DNA of 63,543 nt, the filler included, from Hyphochytrium catenoides (lineage: Eukaryota; Protista; Hyphochytriomycota), in NCBI GenBank assembly GCA_900088475.1. It is 16 parts of 16 records of this genome, joined end to end, with 100 filler letters (N's around TTAATTAATTAA, not from the genome) between each part and the next. Parts side by side here need not be neighbours in the genome. Positions count along the whole stretch, not along the records: positions 9,284 to 15,904 come from FLMG01003723.1; positions 16,005 to 21,782 come from FLMG01000274.1; positions 21,883 to 29,389 come from FLMG01004639.1; 13 more parts are not named here. The stretch is one strand, 5' to 3'. Under the pieces are notes generated by a model that searched no databases, was not told where the DNA came from, and worked only from the letters and a program-made list of their open reading frames with translations. The translations under genes were made by a program, and so were the position numbers. This document shows, one piece after another, positions 12,534 to 24,970 of this stretch. The stretch's first letter is position 1, and each line of letters starts with the position of its first letter.

Positions 12534-13408
12534 CCGGTCTCTTCTACTTACTTCGTCTTCCAGGTGTGTCTCTTTTCTGTCTCTTTCGATCAGAACTCCG
12601 TCTCACCTTCACTCCCTTTGACTGTCTGCCTGGTCAGGAGGATGCTTGGACTTTGACACGTAGACTTGTTTTGGCCGTGGATACACACAGCTTCAGCAGG
12701 GCGGGAGAAGAGAGATGGAGAGCAGTGACAAAGAGAGTGAGAAGTGAGAGAAAAAGAGAGGTGCCACAGAGAGAGAGAGAGACAAAGGGAGAGAGAGACA
12801 GAGGGAGAGAGAGAGAGAAAAAGAGAGAGAGGCCATTACTCTCAGAATCAGGTGGCTGAAGCAGAGCAGCAACTGTGAAAATGTCAAAAGAGAAGGAGGT
12901 AGGACACATCATATATCCAGAATCATATGCTTATATTCATGATAAATGAACACATTCCATTTATATAAGGAATATGCATGGCGCCAAGGTCTGATTATTA
13001 TTTCGACAACCGTTTTTCCCATGAACATCAGAACATCCTTCTCTCTCTCTCTCTCTCTCTNNNNNNNNNNNNNNNNNNNNNNNNNNNNNTCTCTCTCTCT
13101 GTCTCTCTGCCTCTCTCTCTCTCTGCCTCTCTCTCAGCTCTCTTCTGCCCTTCAAATAAGTGTGACTCACCTTTACCTGCGCCTTCATCTTTTTATCTTG
13201 CTGCTCTGTCTTGCTGCCAGAGGGGGAGTCATCCTCTCTCGTGATCTCCTCTTTGCTGTAGATCTTATTAGCCAGTCATGACTCATCACTCACTCTCTCT
13301 CTCCTCTTCTCACTTCTCTTTCTCCTCCCAAGATAGGTTGAAGAGAGTAAAGAGCTTGGAAGAGAAGGGAAGTCGTGAGGAGTGAGACAGAGATCAAGAG
13401 CTACGAAG

Positions 13409-13929
13409 ATGGGAGAACGAAGAATTGTCGTTGTCTCCCTCTCGGGCGCCGATGGCTCTCCTCTAGCTCTGTCTGCCTCCAGGGTGACTGTTGACTTTGG
13501 CGGCGAGTACAATGAGAGGAGCTTCAAGGAGAGAGAGGTGATCAGTCTCTCCCTCTCTCTCTCTCTGTCTATCTCTCTGCTATCTTAAATATATACTCTC
13601 TCTTTCCTCTCTCTCTCTTCCCCTAGCTTTGGATGTCCTCAAAATGTATCTGTTCTTCCTATTCTCATCGTTGGTCCATGTCTATGTCTCTCTCCCTCGC
13701 GTGCCAGACATATCTCTTTTATTGCGGCTCCTCTCTTCAATCTGCACCGCCATCTATCCTGTTCCCTCTCTCTCTCATTCCGCTCTCCCTCACCATATTC
13801 TCTCGCTCTCCCTCACCATATTCTCTCTCCCTCTCTTTCCCTTTCCTCTCTCTCTCTTCCTCAATCTTTCTTTCTCTCTTTCGTGCATTCCTCTCTCTCT
13901 CCCTGTCTCTCTCTCTCTGTCTCTGTCTC

Positions 13930-13962
<33 letters not shown>

Positions 13963-15859
13963 TTCACTTGCCTCGCGTTGGGACAGGATCTCATAGAGAA
14001 GACATGGCAGCAAGTCTCTTCCTCTTGCCCGCACATTTTCAATGCTTCCAAGTTTAGGCTAGGAGGGGTAGGACTTAGGACGAAGGGAGGAGAGGAAGAG
14101 AGAGAACGGCAGCGAGAGAAAGAAGGAGAGAGAGAATCTTTAGTAGGAGAGAAAGAGGCAGGAGAGAAAGCCTGGCAGCGCTGTCAGCAACTAATAGTGA
14201 ACGCCGTGATAGGAGAGGCACAAGAGCAAGAGAAAGGAAAAGAGAGAATGGGGGAGAGAGAGGAGAACACTCTCTCCGTAGAGAGGAGAGAGAACTTGGA
14301 TATTCTTCATCTTCCTCTTTCTTTCTCCTCTCTCTTCTGCCTGAAGCTGGGATTAACGGATTATAAGTCTTTCTTGGCTTCCAATAAGGCTGAGACTCTC
14401 GTGGAGCTCCTGGAAGCAGGAGAAAGAGACCACGAAGATCCAGCGGCCTATCTGTCGAACAAAGTGGGTCTGCTGGTCTTTTCTTCTCAAATCTTTCTCT
14501 CTCTCTTTCTGTCTGTTCTCATATTGCCTCTCTCTGTCTCTCTTTCTCTGTAGCCTTTACCTATCCCTTATATATAGCTGTTCTTCTCTCCCTTTCAACC
14601 TCTTTCTCCCTCCCTACTTTTGTCCTCACTTGTACTCCCTCCCTCTCTCCAGGTCCGTTTCTCTCTCCCCACATTTGTTCTCTTCCTCTTTTGTTCGCTG
14701 TCTTTGCTATCATAGGCTCTCCTGTCCTGGGTTAACTGTTCTTTCTTGACTCTCACGTTCACTTTTCCCTCTCTCTTCTCTCTCTCTCTCCCCTTCTCTC
14801 TGCCTCTCCTCCCCGCAGGTAGGCGTGGGTGCAGTCGTCCGTACTTCTGATGACTTTCTCCTCTTTATTCGCCGCAGTCAAGCGGTGGGAGACTGTAGAG
14901 GAGCTTACGATATACCAGGCGGCCACCCGGAACCTGCTGTCAGTGTCTTTTCTGCCTCTTTCTCTCTTCCGAGCTACCTCTCTTTCTCGTTGCTCACTTC
15001 TCTTTATAGTTCTCATCTCTCTCCCCTCCATAGTTCCATCTTCTATCCCACATTCCTCCCAACTTGTCTTCTCCTCTGTCTCTCTCTCTTCTTTTGTTCC
15101 TTACTCTCGCTCGTCCATCTATGTCTATCTCTTCCGTTTCGATGTCGCCTGTCTTTTGACGTCTCCCCGTCCTTTCTTTCATAGCCTTACACTCTCTTCG
15201 CAATCCGTAGAATCTTCCCAGGGAAGGTTTTCTCCCCGAGGAGTTGGGAACAGAAAGAGAGAGACAACAGGAGAGAGAAAGACTAACGCAGCTGATTGTG
15301 AAAGAGCTCTTTCAGTCTATCGCAGCTGAAGTGGAAGAGGAGATACACATCCCTCTCTCTCTTCTGTCTCCTCCTCTTCTCCTCGGCATTGTCTTCCAGA
15401 CCAACGTGGGCGGCTGCCCTTCTCTAGGTAGCTTCTTAGGTTCTTACCCACCCTCCCCCTTGTCGTCGTCTCTTTTCAAGTCTGTTCTCTTTTTCTCTTT
15501 CTCTCCTCTCTCTTTCCCTCTTGCAAGCTTTCCTCTCTATGGCTCAACCAGTCCAATCGGTATAGTCCACCGTCCTGTCTCTTCCGTGCTACCTCAGATG
15601 CTTCTTCCGACACTCTTCTCTCTTTGTCAACATCTTTCCCTCCTCATGTGTGTGTGTCTATCTCTCCCTTTTTCCTCTTCTGTTCTCTCCTCTCTCTCAT
15701 TGTTCATCCATCTTTTGTGCAGCTTTCTCTGTAGACTGCGCACTCTCCTCAGAGGAGGTGCGACAGTGCTACGAAAGGGGCTTCCTAGCGCAGAATGAGT
15801 CCACAGAGCTTCTTCTTCTTCCCTCAGAGGCCATTGAAGCAGAGCTAAAAAACTTGTAA
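13409..15859 (+). CDS. NUDT22: NUDT22-like Nudix hydrolase (UDP-glucose pyrophosphatase family); exons 13409-13537, 13987-14463, 14819-14938, 15211-15427, 15723-~15855; may continue past the contig end
   Basis: [36 protein letters not shown].....[28 protein letters not shown]. In-phase GT-AG junctions. Confidence 0.88.
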
Positions 15860-15868
15860 GAGCAGGCC

Positions 15869-15904
<36 letters not shown>

Positions 15905-16589
15905 NNNNNNNNNNNNNNNNNNNNNNNNNNNNNNNNNNNNNNNNNNNNTTAATTAATTAANNNNNNNNNNNNNNNNNNNNNNNNNNNNNNNNNNNNNNNN
16001 NNNNATTCGTGCCTCAGCAATGTGGCAAAGGGGCGGTAGATGTCCACCCTCCTCTTGTTGCGTTGATAGAATGTAAAAGCTGAGAGGAATTTGTGTGGGT
16101 AGCTAACCAGGGTATGTTCATGATGTCTTCTTCCCTCTCTTCTGGTTGTTGTTGTCTTCCTGTTTCTCTCTTCTCCTCTCCCTATCATTTTGTTAGTAGC
16201 AGAAGGAGGCAAAAGAAGAAGAAGAACGTGACGGAGCTTTGCATCGTCGGGGCAGCTAGCAGCAGGAGAAGAGTTCCGTGGCAGAAGAGGAGGACGGTGG
16301 TGACACTACTATTAACAACAAGAAGGAAGAGAAAAAGAAGAAGTCACGCCACAGCTCCCGCTGCTGCTGCTGGTTGTCGGCGAGGATGATGATTGCCTGA
16401 CCGAAGCCCCAGGCAACAAGAAGGGAGTGATAAGTTGCTGATCATCAAGTTGATGTCTTTCTGCTGGTGGTGGGAAGCATCATCATCATACCGGCGGCTG
16501 CTATCGACCATCATCACCTGCTGCAGCAGCAGCAGTAGTTCTTCCTCCTGCCATATCATAATAAGCACCTCTTGCTATCGTTTATCAAT

Positions 16590-19500
16590 GCGCAGCGAGC
16601 CCTCACGAGCGGTGGAGCAGTACTGTTAGAGTGCTGTTTGGGCATAATGACGTGTACTGTCACAGTCCCTCGCCGCCCGGGTCTGTTGATGGTGAGGAGG
16701 AACGCTGCTGCTATGATGACAAAATCTGTAGTAGAAAAGTTATAAGTTTATCCAAAAGGGAAAATCGACCGCCCTTTGGTGTGGGCCATATTACTACTGA
16801 ATAGCCTAGGATAGTTTACCTCATGATGACAATGATCATCTGCCCAACCGGCCTAAAGTGTGGCGATGATCCCTTTGGGCCCTCGGTCCCAGTGTATTAT
16901 CTTAGCGCTAGCTGACCTGACAGTACATTAATTCTACAGGGCGCACCTCGAAGGGTCGGTCGGTCTTCCCCAACAAATGATGATGATCAGGACCGTTGGA
17001 GGCACCACTACTAGTTATAGAATTCTTGGTGAGCCTCTTCTAATTGTACTATTGTTATCTCTTCTTGCTCCACCATACATCATGATCGTCACTATCATGC
17101 ATCCTGGTCCTCCATCATCCCGTGCCTGTCCGGCCCTGCTGTCTCCGACCTTGAGATCCGCCAATTCGATCTATTGAATAAATATATTATCGTCCACTTC
17201 TTTCAACTTCTTGCTTTTCTTCTTCATCTTCTTCCCTGCTGCTTGTTCTATTATGGACACCTTGCTATCAACCCTTGTTTGTGTTGGTCAGCAGCAGTAA
17301 ATCTAAACATATTAGTCTCATTACTGTCCATTGCTTAGATTAGGGCTGAGGAGCAGAGCAGAAGAGTCACTCTGACCGTTGTTGCCTGACAAGGAAAACG
17401 ATTGGTTATGCTGGAGGAGGAGGAGGTAGAAGTGACGTCCTTACCTCCCGCTCCGTCCTCCACGTTGCTCACCCATCATACAATTACTTAAAGTCCTATT
17501 ATCGCGCGGCGGTTTGGTCACCGATGAATTGGAGAAATCCATCTGCATCGTTCGATGAATTGAAGAAATCCATCTGCATCGTCTTCATTCTTTAAAAATT
17601 GTGCACTGATCCTCCTGCCGACCACCTCAGGAAGAAGAAGGCAGAAGAACAGCAGAATGAAGAAAGAAGGCGGCTACTTACTACTTCTCTCCCAGCAGGA
17701 GGAGATCTTCTTAAGCTACTACTACTTTTTTTGTTGTTGGTGGTGATGACTAACTGAAAACGAATGGTTATTACAGTCCGTTCATGTTTAGGAAAAACAG
17801 CAGACGGCAGCGGCACTACTTCTTGTTGCCTCCTGCGCTTGGTGGCGGATGATCGACATAGTTAAGAAGAAAGCCCCAAGAAGAAGTTGGTTTAGAAAGG
17901 TGCTCGTACTCATCGTTATATTGACTACTGCTGCTGTGTGGTGTGAAGAATAATACAGGCTCTTGGCCATCGCAGCAGCATCACCCGCGGCACCACTAGT
18001 AGTACTTGTAGTAGCAGGCAGTAGGCTCTCCTAGTTAGTGCACAGTGAGACGTCACAAGCGGTGCTCTTACAGGAGGAGGAGGCAGGAGGATCTGCCCTG
18101 GCTGGGGCCTGGGGCATAACTAAGAAGTAAGTACTGTTACTACAGTCCCTCGAACGCCGAACCCCTTTCTACTAACGGTTTCTGAGCTTGACCCCTTTCT
18201 AAATATTTCTATGGAAGTTTGGATGGACATGATGATTATCTGCAAAAAATTGTAACTCGAAAGGGGCCCATAATAATTACTGTTGGAATGTATGAGCTTA
18301 CCAGAAACACGTCGCTCAGGTTCAACTGAAAAGGGCAAAACGTCGTCGTCATAGGGAAGAAAGGGCGGTTGACTACTGTGGCCCTTTATTAATAACCAGA
18401 AATTAGTAAGGATTGTGTACGTAATCGACTACTGTTTGAAGAAGATGAAGAGATGCAAATATGTACTACGAAGAAGCAACAAAAGAGAATAATAATGGAG
18501 GAGAAAGATAGAGCAAAAATAGGCCAAAGAGAAGAGAAGAAGAGCAGAGAAGTTATTAGGACGTCACCCGGCCCCCACCACGGGCCGCCGGGCATCATTG
18601 GCCGAAGGACGCACCACCGAGGAGGCGGCGGGGGGGGGGGAGATCGTCCTCCTCCCCAATAATGCGAGAGAGGAAGAAGAAGTCTTGATCCTGCTCACCC
18701 ACGGCTAGCAGCAGCCAAGAGGAGGGCGTTTTTTCAGTTATAGTGTATGTCCATACAAACTTCCATACAAATTTTTTTTGACCCGTACTGGAATGGGGTC
18801 AAGCTGAAGAGACGTTTGTTAGAAAGGGGTTCGAGGGTTTGAACAGCCTAGGTAATTTAGTAGTAGAAGATGACAATAATAATCTGCCCAACCAGCCCAA
18901 AATGTGGCGTTGGTCTCTTTGGGCCCTCGGTCCCCGTGTATTATCTTAGCACTAGCCTCGCCTGCCGGTACATTAATTCTACAGGGCGCACCTCGCATGG
19001 TCGGTCGGTCTTCATCTTGATCCCCAACAAATGATCATGATGATGAGGACGCTTGACGAAGACTACGAGGTTCTCCTGTTAGTGGTGAGCCTCTTCTAAT
19101 TGCACTACTATTGTCTCTTCTTGCACTACTGTCTCTTCTTGCTGCATCCATCATGATCGTCATTATCATGCATCGGGGTTCTCCATGGTCCCAGGGCCCG
19201 TCCGGCCCTGCTGTCTCCGACCTTGAGACCCACCAATTCAATCTCTTTAGAATAATTGCCCCTCCTCCTCCGGTTCTTTCAACTTCTTGCTGCTCTTCTT
19301 CTTCATCTTCTTCGTTCTGCTGCTGCTTGTTCTATGACACCTTGCTAGCAACGCTTCGTTGTGTTGGTCAGCAGCAGTAAGTAAGTCTATACTCATTAGT
19401 CTCATTGCTGTTCATTATCGTCCGCACTACTGGTCGGTGCCGATAAACCTCGGTCGAAGAGACGAAGGACCACCAGAGCAACAACGGACGGAGAAAAGAA

Positions 19501-20590
19501 GAGGAGGGCTTTCTTTGTTGCTTATATGGCGGAGGAGCAGGAGAGTCACTCTAAACGATGGCTGACAAGGAAGACGATTGGTGATACTGGAGGAGGAGGA
19601 GGAAAAGGTGACGTCCTTATTCTCCCGCTCTGTCCTCCATATGATCACCTTACAATTACTTCAAATTATTACCGCTCGATCGTTTGGTCACCGATGAAGA
19701 AATCCATCATCTGCATCGGCTTCTTCTTCATTTCCAGTTCATGCACTGATCTTCCTACCGACTACTCCGAGAAGAAGGCAGAAGAGCAACAGAATGAATT
19801 GAAGAAAGAAGGTGGGCACTTACTACTACTGCTCCCACCAGCAGGAGATCTTCATCCAGTAGAGCTACTGTACTGCTTTTGTTGTTGGTGATGACTGACA
19901 ACAAGTGGTTATTAAGACGGTCCATGCTTTGGGAAAGGTAGCAGACGGCAACCAGCGGCACTTCTTGTTGCCTCCTGCTCTTGGTGGCGATGTTATTGCG
20001 ACTTTGCTAAGAAGAAAGCCCCAAGAAGATGATGATTAAATTGGTGCTGCTACTACTAATATTATAATGACTACTGCTGCTGTGTGGTGTGAAGAATAAT
20101 AATACAGGCTCTTGGCCATCGCAGGCCGCAGCACTACTAGTACTTGTCGTAGTAGCAGGCAGTAGGCTCTCTTAGTTAGTGCCCAGTGAGGCCTCACGAG
20201 CGGTGCTCTTACAGGAGGAGGATCTGCCCTGGGGCCTGGGGCATAACTAAGAAGTACTGTTACAGTCCCTCGCCGGATCTTTTGATGAGGAAACGCTAGA
20301 ATGTGACGCTATAAAATTTACCCCCAAAAGGGAAAGATCGACGGTCCATCATCAGCACCGGGCATAGTTCTACGACTACCGAATAGCCTAGGATAATTTA
20401 CCTGACGATGACAATGATAAGCTGCCCAACAGGCCCAACATGTGGCGATGGCCCCTTTGGGCCCTCGGTCCCCGTGTATTATCTTAGCGCTAGCCTGACC
20501 TGACGGTACATTGATTCTACAGGGCGCACCTCGAAGGATCGGTCGGTCTTTATCTTGATCCCCAACAAATGATCATGATGATGACCCCTG
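16590..20590. repeat. Degenerate tandem array with ~1.54-kb unit (partial + 2 full + partial copies)
   Basis: The block gaaYagcctagg...ctttgggccctcggtccc.gtgtattatcttagc.ctagc...ttctacagggcgcacctcg...tcggtcggtctt recurs at ~16800, 18841 and 20381. Downstream sequence also aligns (17900-18150 vs 20040-20270). Confidence 0.92.
18147..18837. mobile_element. Non-autonomous TIR element (MITE-like), ~690 bp
   Basis: Left end cgaacccctttcta..gcttgacccc..atggaagtttggatggacat is the imperfect reverse complement of right end atgtccatacaaacttccat..ggggtcaagc..tagaaaggggttcg. It is absent from the equivalent position in the other tandem copies. Confidence 0.75.
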
Positions 20591-21882
20591 ACGAACAGAG
20601 AAGGAAGAAAGTTGGTGATCGATGATACGGATGGAGGACGATTGGGAGGGGGAACAAAGTGGTGCTCTTTTGTCCGTCCTCCTCCTTAAGACTCACCCAT
20701 CCAATCACTTCAGATATCGTGAGGGAGGAGGCGTTAATCTTCAGAGAGTGATGGAGAAGAAGAAGAAGGACAGTCTTAGATAAGGTCGTCCTCCTGAAGG
20801 ATGACGAATTCCTCATGTTCACAGTGACTTCCAGTGTGTTCATATAAATTCATTGCTCATCAGCTGTTACGATTGCAATCTATTCCCATAATACCGAGGA
20901 CGAACGGGCTCAGATTATAAGGACTCCCACAAATCGCTGCCACACCGTCTACTCGTACTGATGATGAGCGAGTAGGACCTACCTTGTTGCCTTGACAGGA
21001 ACTGTAATCACAGGTCTTCAGCAGCAGAAGAAGCACGACGACACCACCGCTGTACTCTACATTGAGATCTAGGGCTAGCTTCCCGGCGCTCTCTACAAGA
21101 TCATGCTCGCAGCCTGACAGTTCTTACAAGAACGGCTATTGAGGATATCGACAATCACCAGCACCGCATAAATGCGAATAGTGCTCACGAGTGATAGCTG
21201 TAGGTAGCTCCTTCCTTCACTTTGCTATAGGTCTCCACTGCACTATTCATCTAAGAGAGATGCAAAGATAATTGTTGGTGCGTGAACAGCAGCGCAGAGC
21301 TTTTCACTCTTCTTCTGAAGGAGGAGCTGGCGGTGAACCCGCGTATATCTGCCTATGGCACTGTTGCCTATGTACTGCCTATGTGCTGCCAATTATGTTG
21401 CTTTCGCTGCCTGTGCTTGTCAGTAAAAAATGTACGCTCTTGCCTAACGCTGCCTATGGAATGGCTATTTGTGAACCTTTTTTTACCTTGCAGCGTCGTC
21501 TACAGTCCACATCTTCTCTCAGCAGCTAGTTTACTGCACACTTCCAGCACCACTTGTAGCCAACTCTGTAATGGCTATTTCGAGGACGCGGACTCTGGAC
21601 CGAATGAAGACGCAGTCATTCGGATGCTTGAACGCTAGATACGTTGTCCGCAGCGTCAACGTTAGCAAAGTGAGACCTCGGCTGAGACAGAAATCAGTCA
21701 CTGAAAGCCCCCACTTCGATCTCTTTTCTGGGTTATGGTCTTCGTGGATAAGCCCATGTACCATGTCCAATCGGTAAGAGCANNNNNNNNNNNNNNNNNN
21801 NNNNNNNNNNNNNNNNNNNNNNNNNNTTAATTAATTAANNNNNNNNNNNNNNNNNNNNNNNNNNNNNNNNNNNNNNNNNNNN

Positions 21883-22090
21883 CTCTCTCTCTCTCTTTTT
21901 TTCTCTAATCTCTCACACTTTTTCTCTCCTTTCTCTCCATTTTCCTCTCTCTCTCTCTCTCTCTCTTTTTCTCTAATCTCTCACACTTTTTCTCTCCTTT
22001 CTCTCCATTTTCCTCTCTCTCTCTCTCTCTCTCTTCTCTCTAATCTCTCACACTTTCTCTCTCCTTTCTCTCCATTTTCCTCTCTCTCTC
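21883..22090. repeat. Pyrimidine-rich minisatellite, ~3 x 67 nt
   Basis: ctctaatctctcacacttt.tctctcctttctctccattttcc repeated three times. Confidence 0.85.
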
Positions 22091-22502
22091 TGTCTCTCAC
22101 TCTTCTCTCTCTCTCTCTCTTTCTCAGTCCTTATATATCTGTTTCTCTCTCTCTCTTCTTCTTCTCTCTTTCAGATCCTGCTCTTCCTCTCTCTGTTCGA
22201 TCATTTTCCTGAAGTCTTTTGTGTGTCTCCCTTGTGATTGTGAGGAAGGTGTGCGACCGACTTCTTTGTGTCATGGTTTAGGTCATTATAGACGTCTCTC
22301 TCGTTCTAATTCTCTCTCTTCTCTCTCTCTCCCTCTCCGCTCTCTCTCTCCTCTTTCTCTTCTTCCTTTTTGTGGATCTCTCGTCTGTCCTTCGCTGTTC
22401 GAATGATTTCTTCCTTGCTCTCTCTGAGACCTCCCTTTCTTTAACTTATGAACTGTCTCTCGCTCTCTCTCTCGCTCTCTCTCTCCCGCTCTCTCTCTCT
22501 CG

Positions 22503-22539
<37 letters not shown>

Positions 22540-23116
22540 GCTCGCTCGCTCGCCTTCTCACTTATTGATCTTCCCTTCTCTCTTTTCTTCTTTCGTCTCT
22601 ACCTCTTTTCTTTATAAATTTTCTAAGAAACTATAATCAACTCATCTTCTTGCCTCTTCGTTGATCACCAGGGATCAGTAGCAGGTTGGTTGCGTCGATG
22701 TTTCTTCTTTCTTACAGACAAAGACTGATTATGAAAGAGACAATGATGATGTTGTGATCACTGCCTTGTCTTCTCCTTCGGCAACTTTCTCTCTCTCTCT
22801 ACTATCCCCTCTCTCTCTCTTATAGTAGGGACATCTCTCTCTCTCATAGACATCATCTCTTTCTCTTTCCCTTGTTTGTCTAGCAAAAACATACTAGTAG
22901 GGAACCCAAGGAAGAAGAGGATAGGTGTCAATTCTTCTCTCTCTCTCTCTCTCTCTTCGTCAAGAAGCTGGTTTATGAGCAACAAAGGCGCAAAGACAGA
23001 GAGGAAACAATGGAGAAGAGAAGACAAAAAGGAGGAGGAGATGGAGAGCGAGTGAGGAAAAGAAGAGAGAGGGAGAGAAAGAGAGAGAAGAGAAAGAAAG
23101 ACAGAGAAAGAGAGAA

Positions 23117-23151
<35 letters not shown>

Positions 23152-23972
23152 AACGAGAACGGGCAGAGTGGTGAGTCTCCCTCCTCCCACCTATATTCGC
23201 GGCGGTTATTTCCCTTTTTGGCAGCTGCATCTTTCCAAGGTTTATAAATATAATGAATTTCTCTCTTTCTCTTGTCGACGAGGATAAGGAGAGAAGAGAC
23301 ATTGGACAAGGGAACATAGTCTTGGTTGACAAAGAGAAGAAAGGAAAACCTCGTTCTTTTCTGCTTGGAAGATATTGTTTCTCTTTCCGGAGGGGCTGGG
23401 GAGCAAGGAAGGCGGTCGTAGGCTCTCTCTCTCTCTAACATGGTCTCTCGCTTCTCCCTGGTTTCTCTCCCTCATCTCAATTCTCTTTTTTTTGGTCTCC
23501 GTGTTGCTTCTTATCTCCTTTGGCCTTACTCTTTCTCTTGTCTCTCTCTCTGGCTTCTCTGACTCATCTAACTCACCTTTCCGATGCTCTCTTTCTTTTT
23601 TTCTCTCTTCTTTTCTCTCTCTCTCTCTCTCTTCCCATCGTAGGGTAGGACCACGAGCCTGCTTGGTGGTCCCTGCTCTTCTTTGTGCCAGGGAAGAACG
23701 AGAAGATGGGACATGCGACCGACGGCGGCACGGTGCTCCTTTCTTATACTTTCTCTTTCTAGTTATGGGGACAAACCGTCAATCTCTCTCCTCTTCTCTC
23801 TGCTACAAGCCTCTTCTATCCCATGCTCTTGTCTCTCTTCTCTCTGTTGTCTTCTCTCCTCTCTGCTGTCGGGTAATAACAGGGAAGACAAGCGACGGGG
23901 AACCAGCTGGAGGGCCCTTCGCTGGGAGCGGAAAGCGTTGTTGGAAGACAGCAAGAAGATAAAGGAAATGAG

Positions 23973-24028
<56 letters not shown>

Positions 24029-24035
<7 letters not shown>

Positions 24036-24287
24036 CCCTCGTTGCCTTCTCTTCCAACGACTGGATGACTAGAGGGGCGGTACGACCTGAAGAGCAGACC
24101 GCAGAACGACTTTCCTAGGACGTGCGCGGTCGTTAGAGAAGAGAGAGAGAGAGAGAGAGAGAAGAGAGAGAGAGGGAGGAGAGACCCTCGTTGCCTTATC
24201 TTCCAACGACTGGATGACTGGAGGGGCGGTACGACCTGAAGAGCAGGCCACAGAACGACTTTCCCAGGATGTGCGCCGTCGTTAGAG
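24029..24287 (-). ncRNA. Two ~108-nt copies (period 149) of a hairpin-forming element; candidate structured ncRNA
   Basis: The duplication is certain (7 substitutions). Substitutions in stems retain pairing, and G-U wobbles favour the minus strand. Function is unproven. Confidence 0.4.
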
Positions 24288-24503
24288 GAGAGAGAGAGAA
24301 AACAAGAAGAGAGAGAGAGAGATGAGAGAGAGGAGAGGTGGGAAGATGAGAAGTAGGGACGACAGCATTGGGGAAGAAAGAAGACCGAGGAATAGGAGTG
24401 GGAGAAAGACGGAGAACTGAGAAAGGGAGCCAATAAAAGACAGCATGGCGGTTAGCCGCAGGGAACAAACGAGAGAGAGAGGGAGAGAAAGAGAGAGAGA
24501 GAG

Positions 24504-24535
<32 letters not shown>

Positions 24536-24916
24536 GAGCGAGAGAGAGAGAGAAGAGAAGGAAAGTGTGGTGGTTGAAGGACCAGCCATGGAGTGACCAG
24601 TGAAGACAAAAAGAACTTTGCGAGCCTTTCCTCTCTTGTGACTCTTGCTGCCCGCTCCTCCCTGCTGCTGGCCTCCTGTTCCCTATCTGCCTATCTGTCC
24701 CGACCATATATAAAAGAAGAGAAAAGAGAGAGAAAGAGAGAGAGTGGTCTCATTTGCTCCCTTCCTTGATAACGTAGACATTTGCTCGCTTCTTTCTCAT
24801 AATAGCCCATTCTTGGCCTCGCGTCCACTTTCCTCTTGTTGAATTCTTTTTTTTGCAACAAGAGAGACGACAAATGAGGATTGGACAAGGAAGGCAGTCA
24901 CCACCAGCAACTCTTC

Positions 24917-24970
<54 letters not shown>

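Noticed and set aside
18820-18840. tRNA T-arm-like GGTTCGA
   Set aside because: Part of the TIR; no cloverleaf can be formed.
24029-24287. Hammerhead ribozyme, canonical SECIS or CRISPR array
   Set aside because: CUGAAGA is present but has no correctly placed GAAA. The helix above the AUGA/GA core is too long, and no selenoprotein gene lies upstream. There are only two long repeats, separated by microsatellite, and no cas genes.
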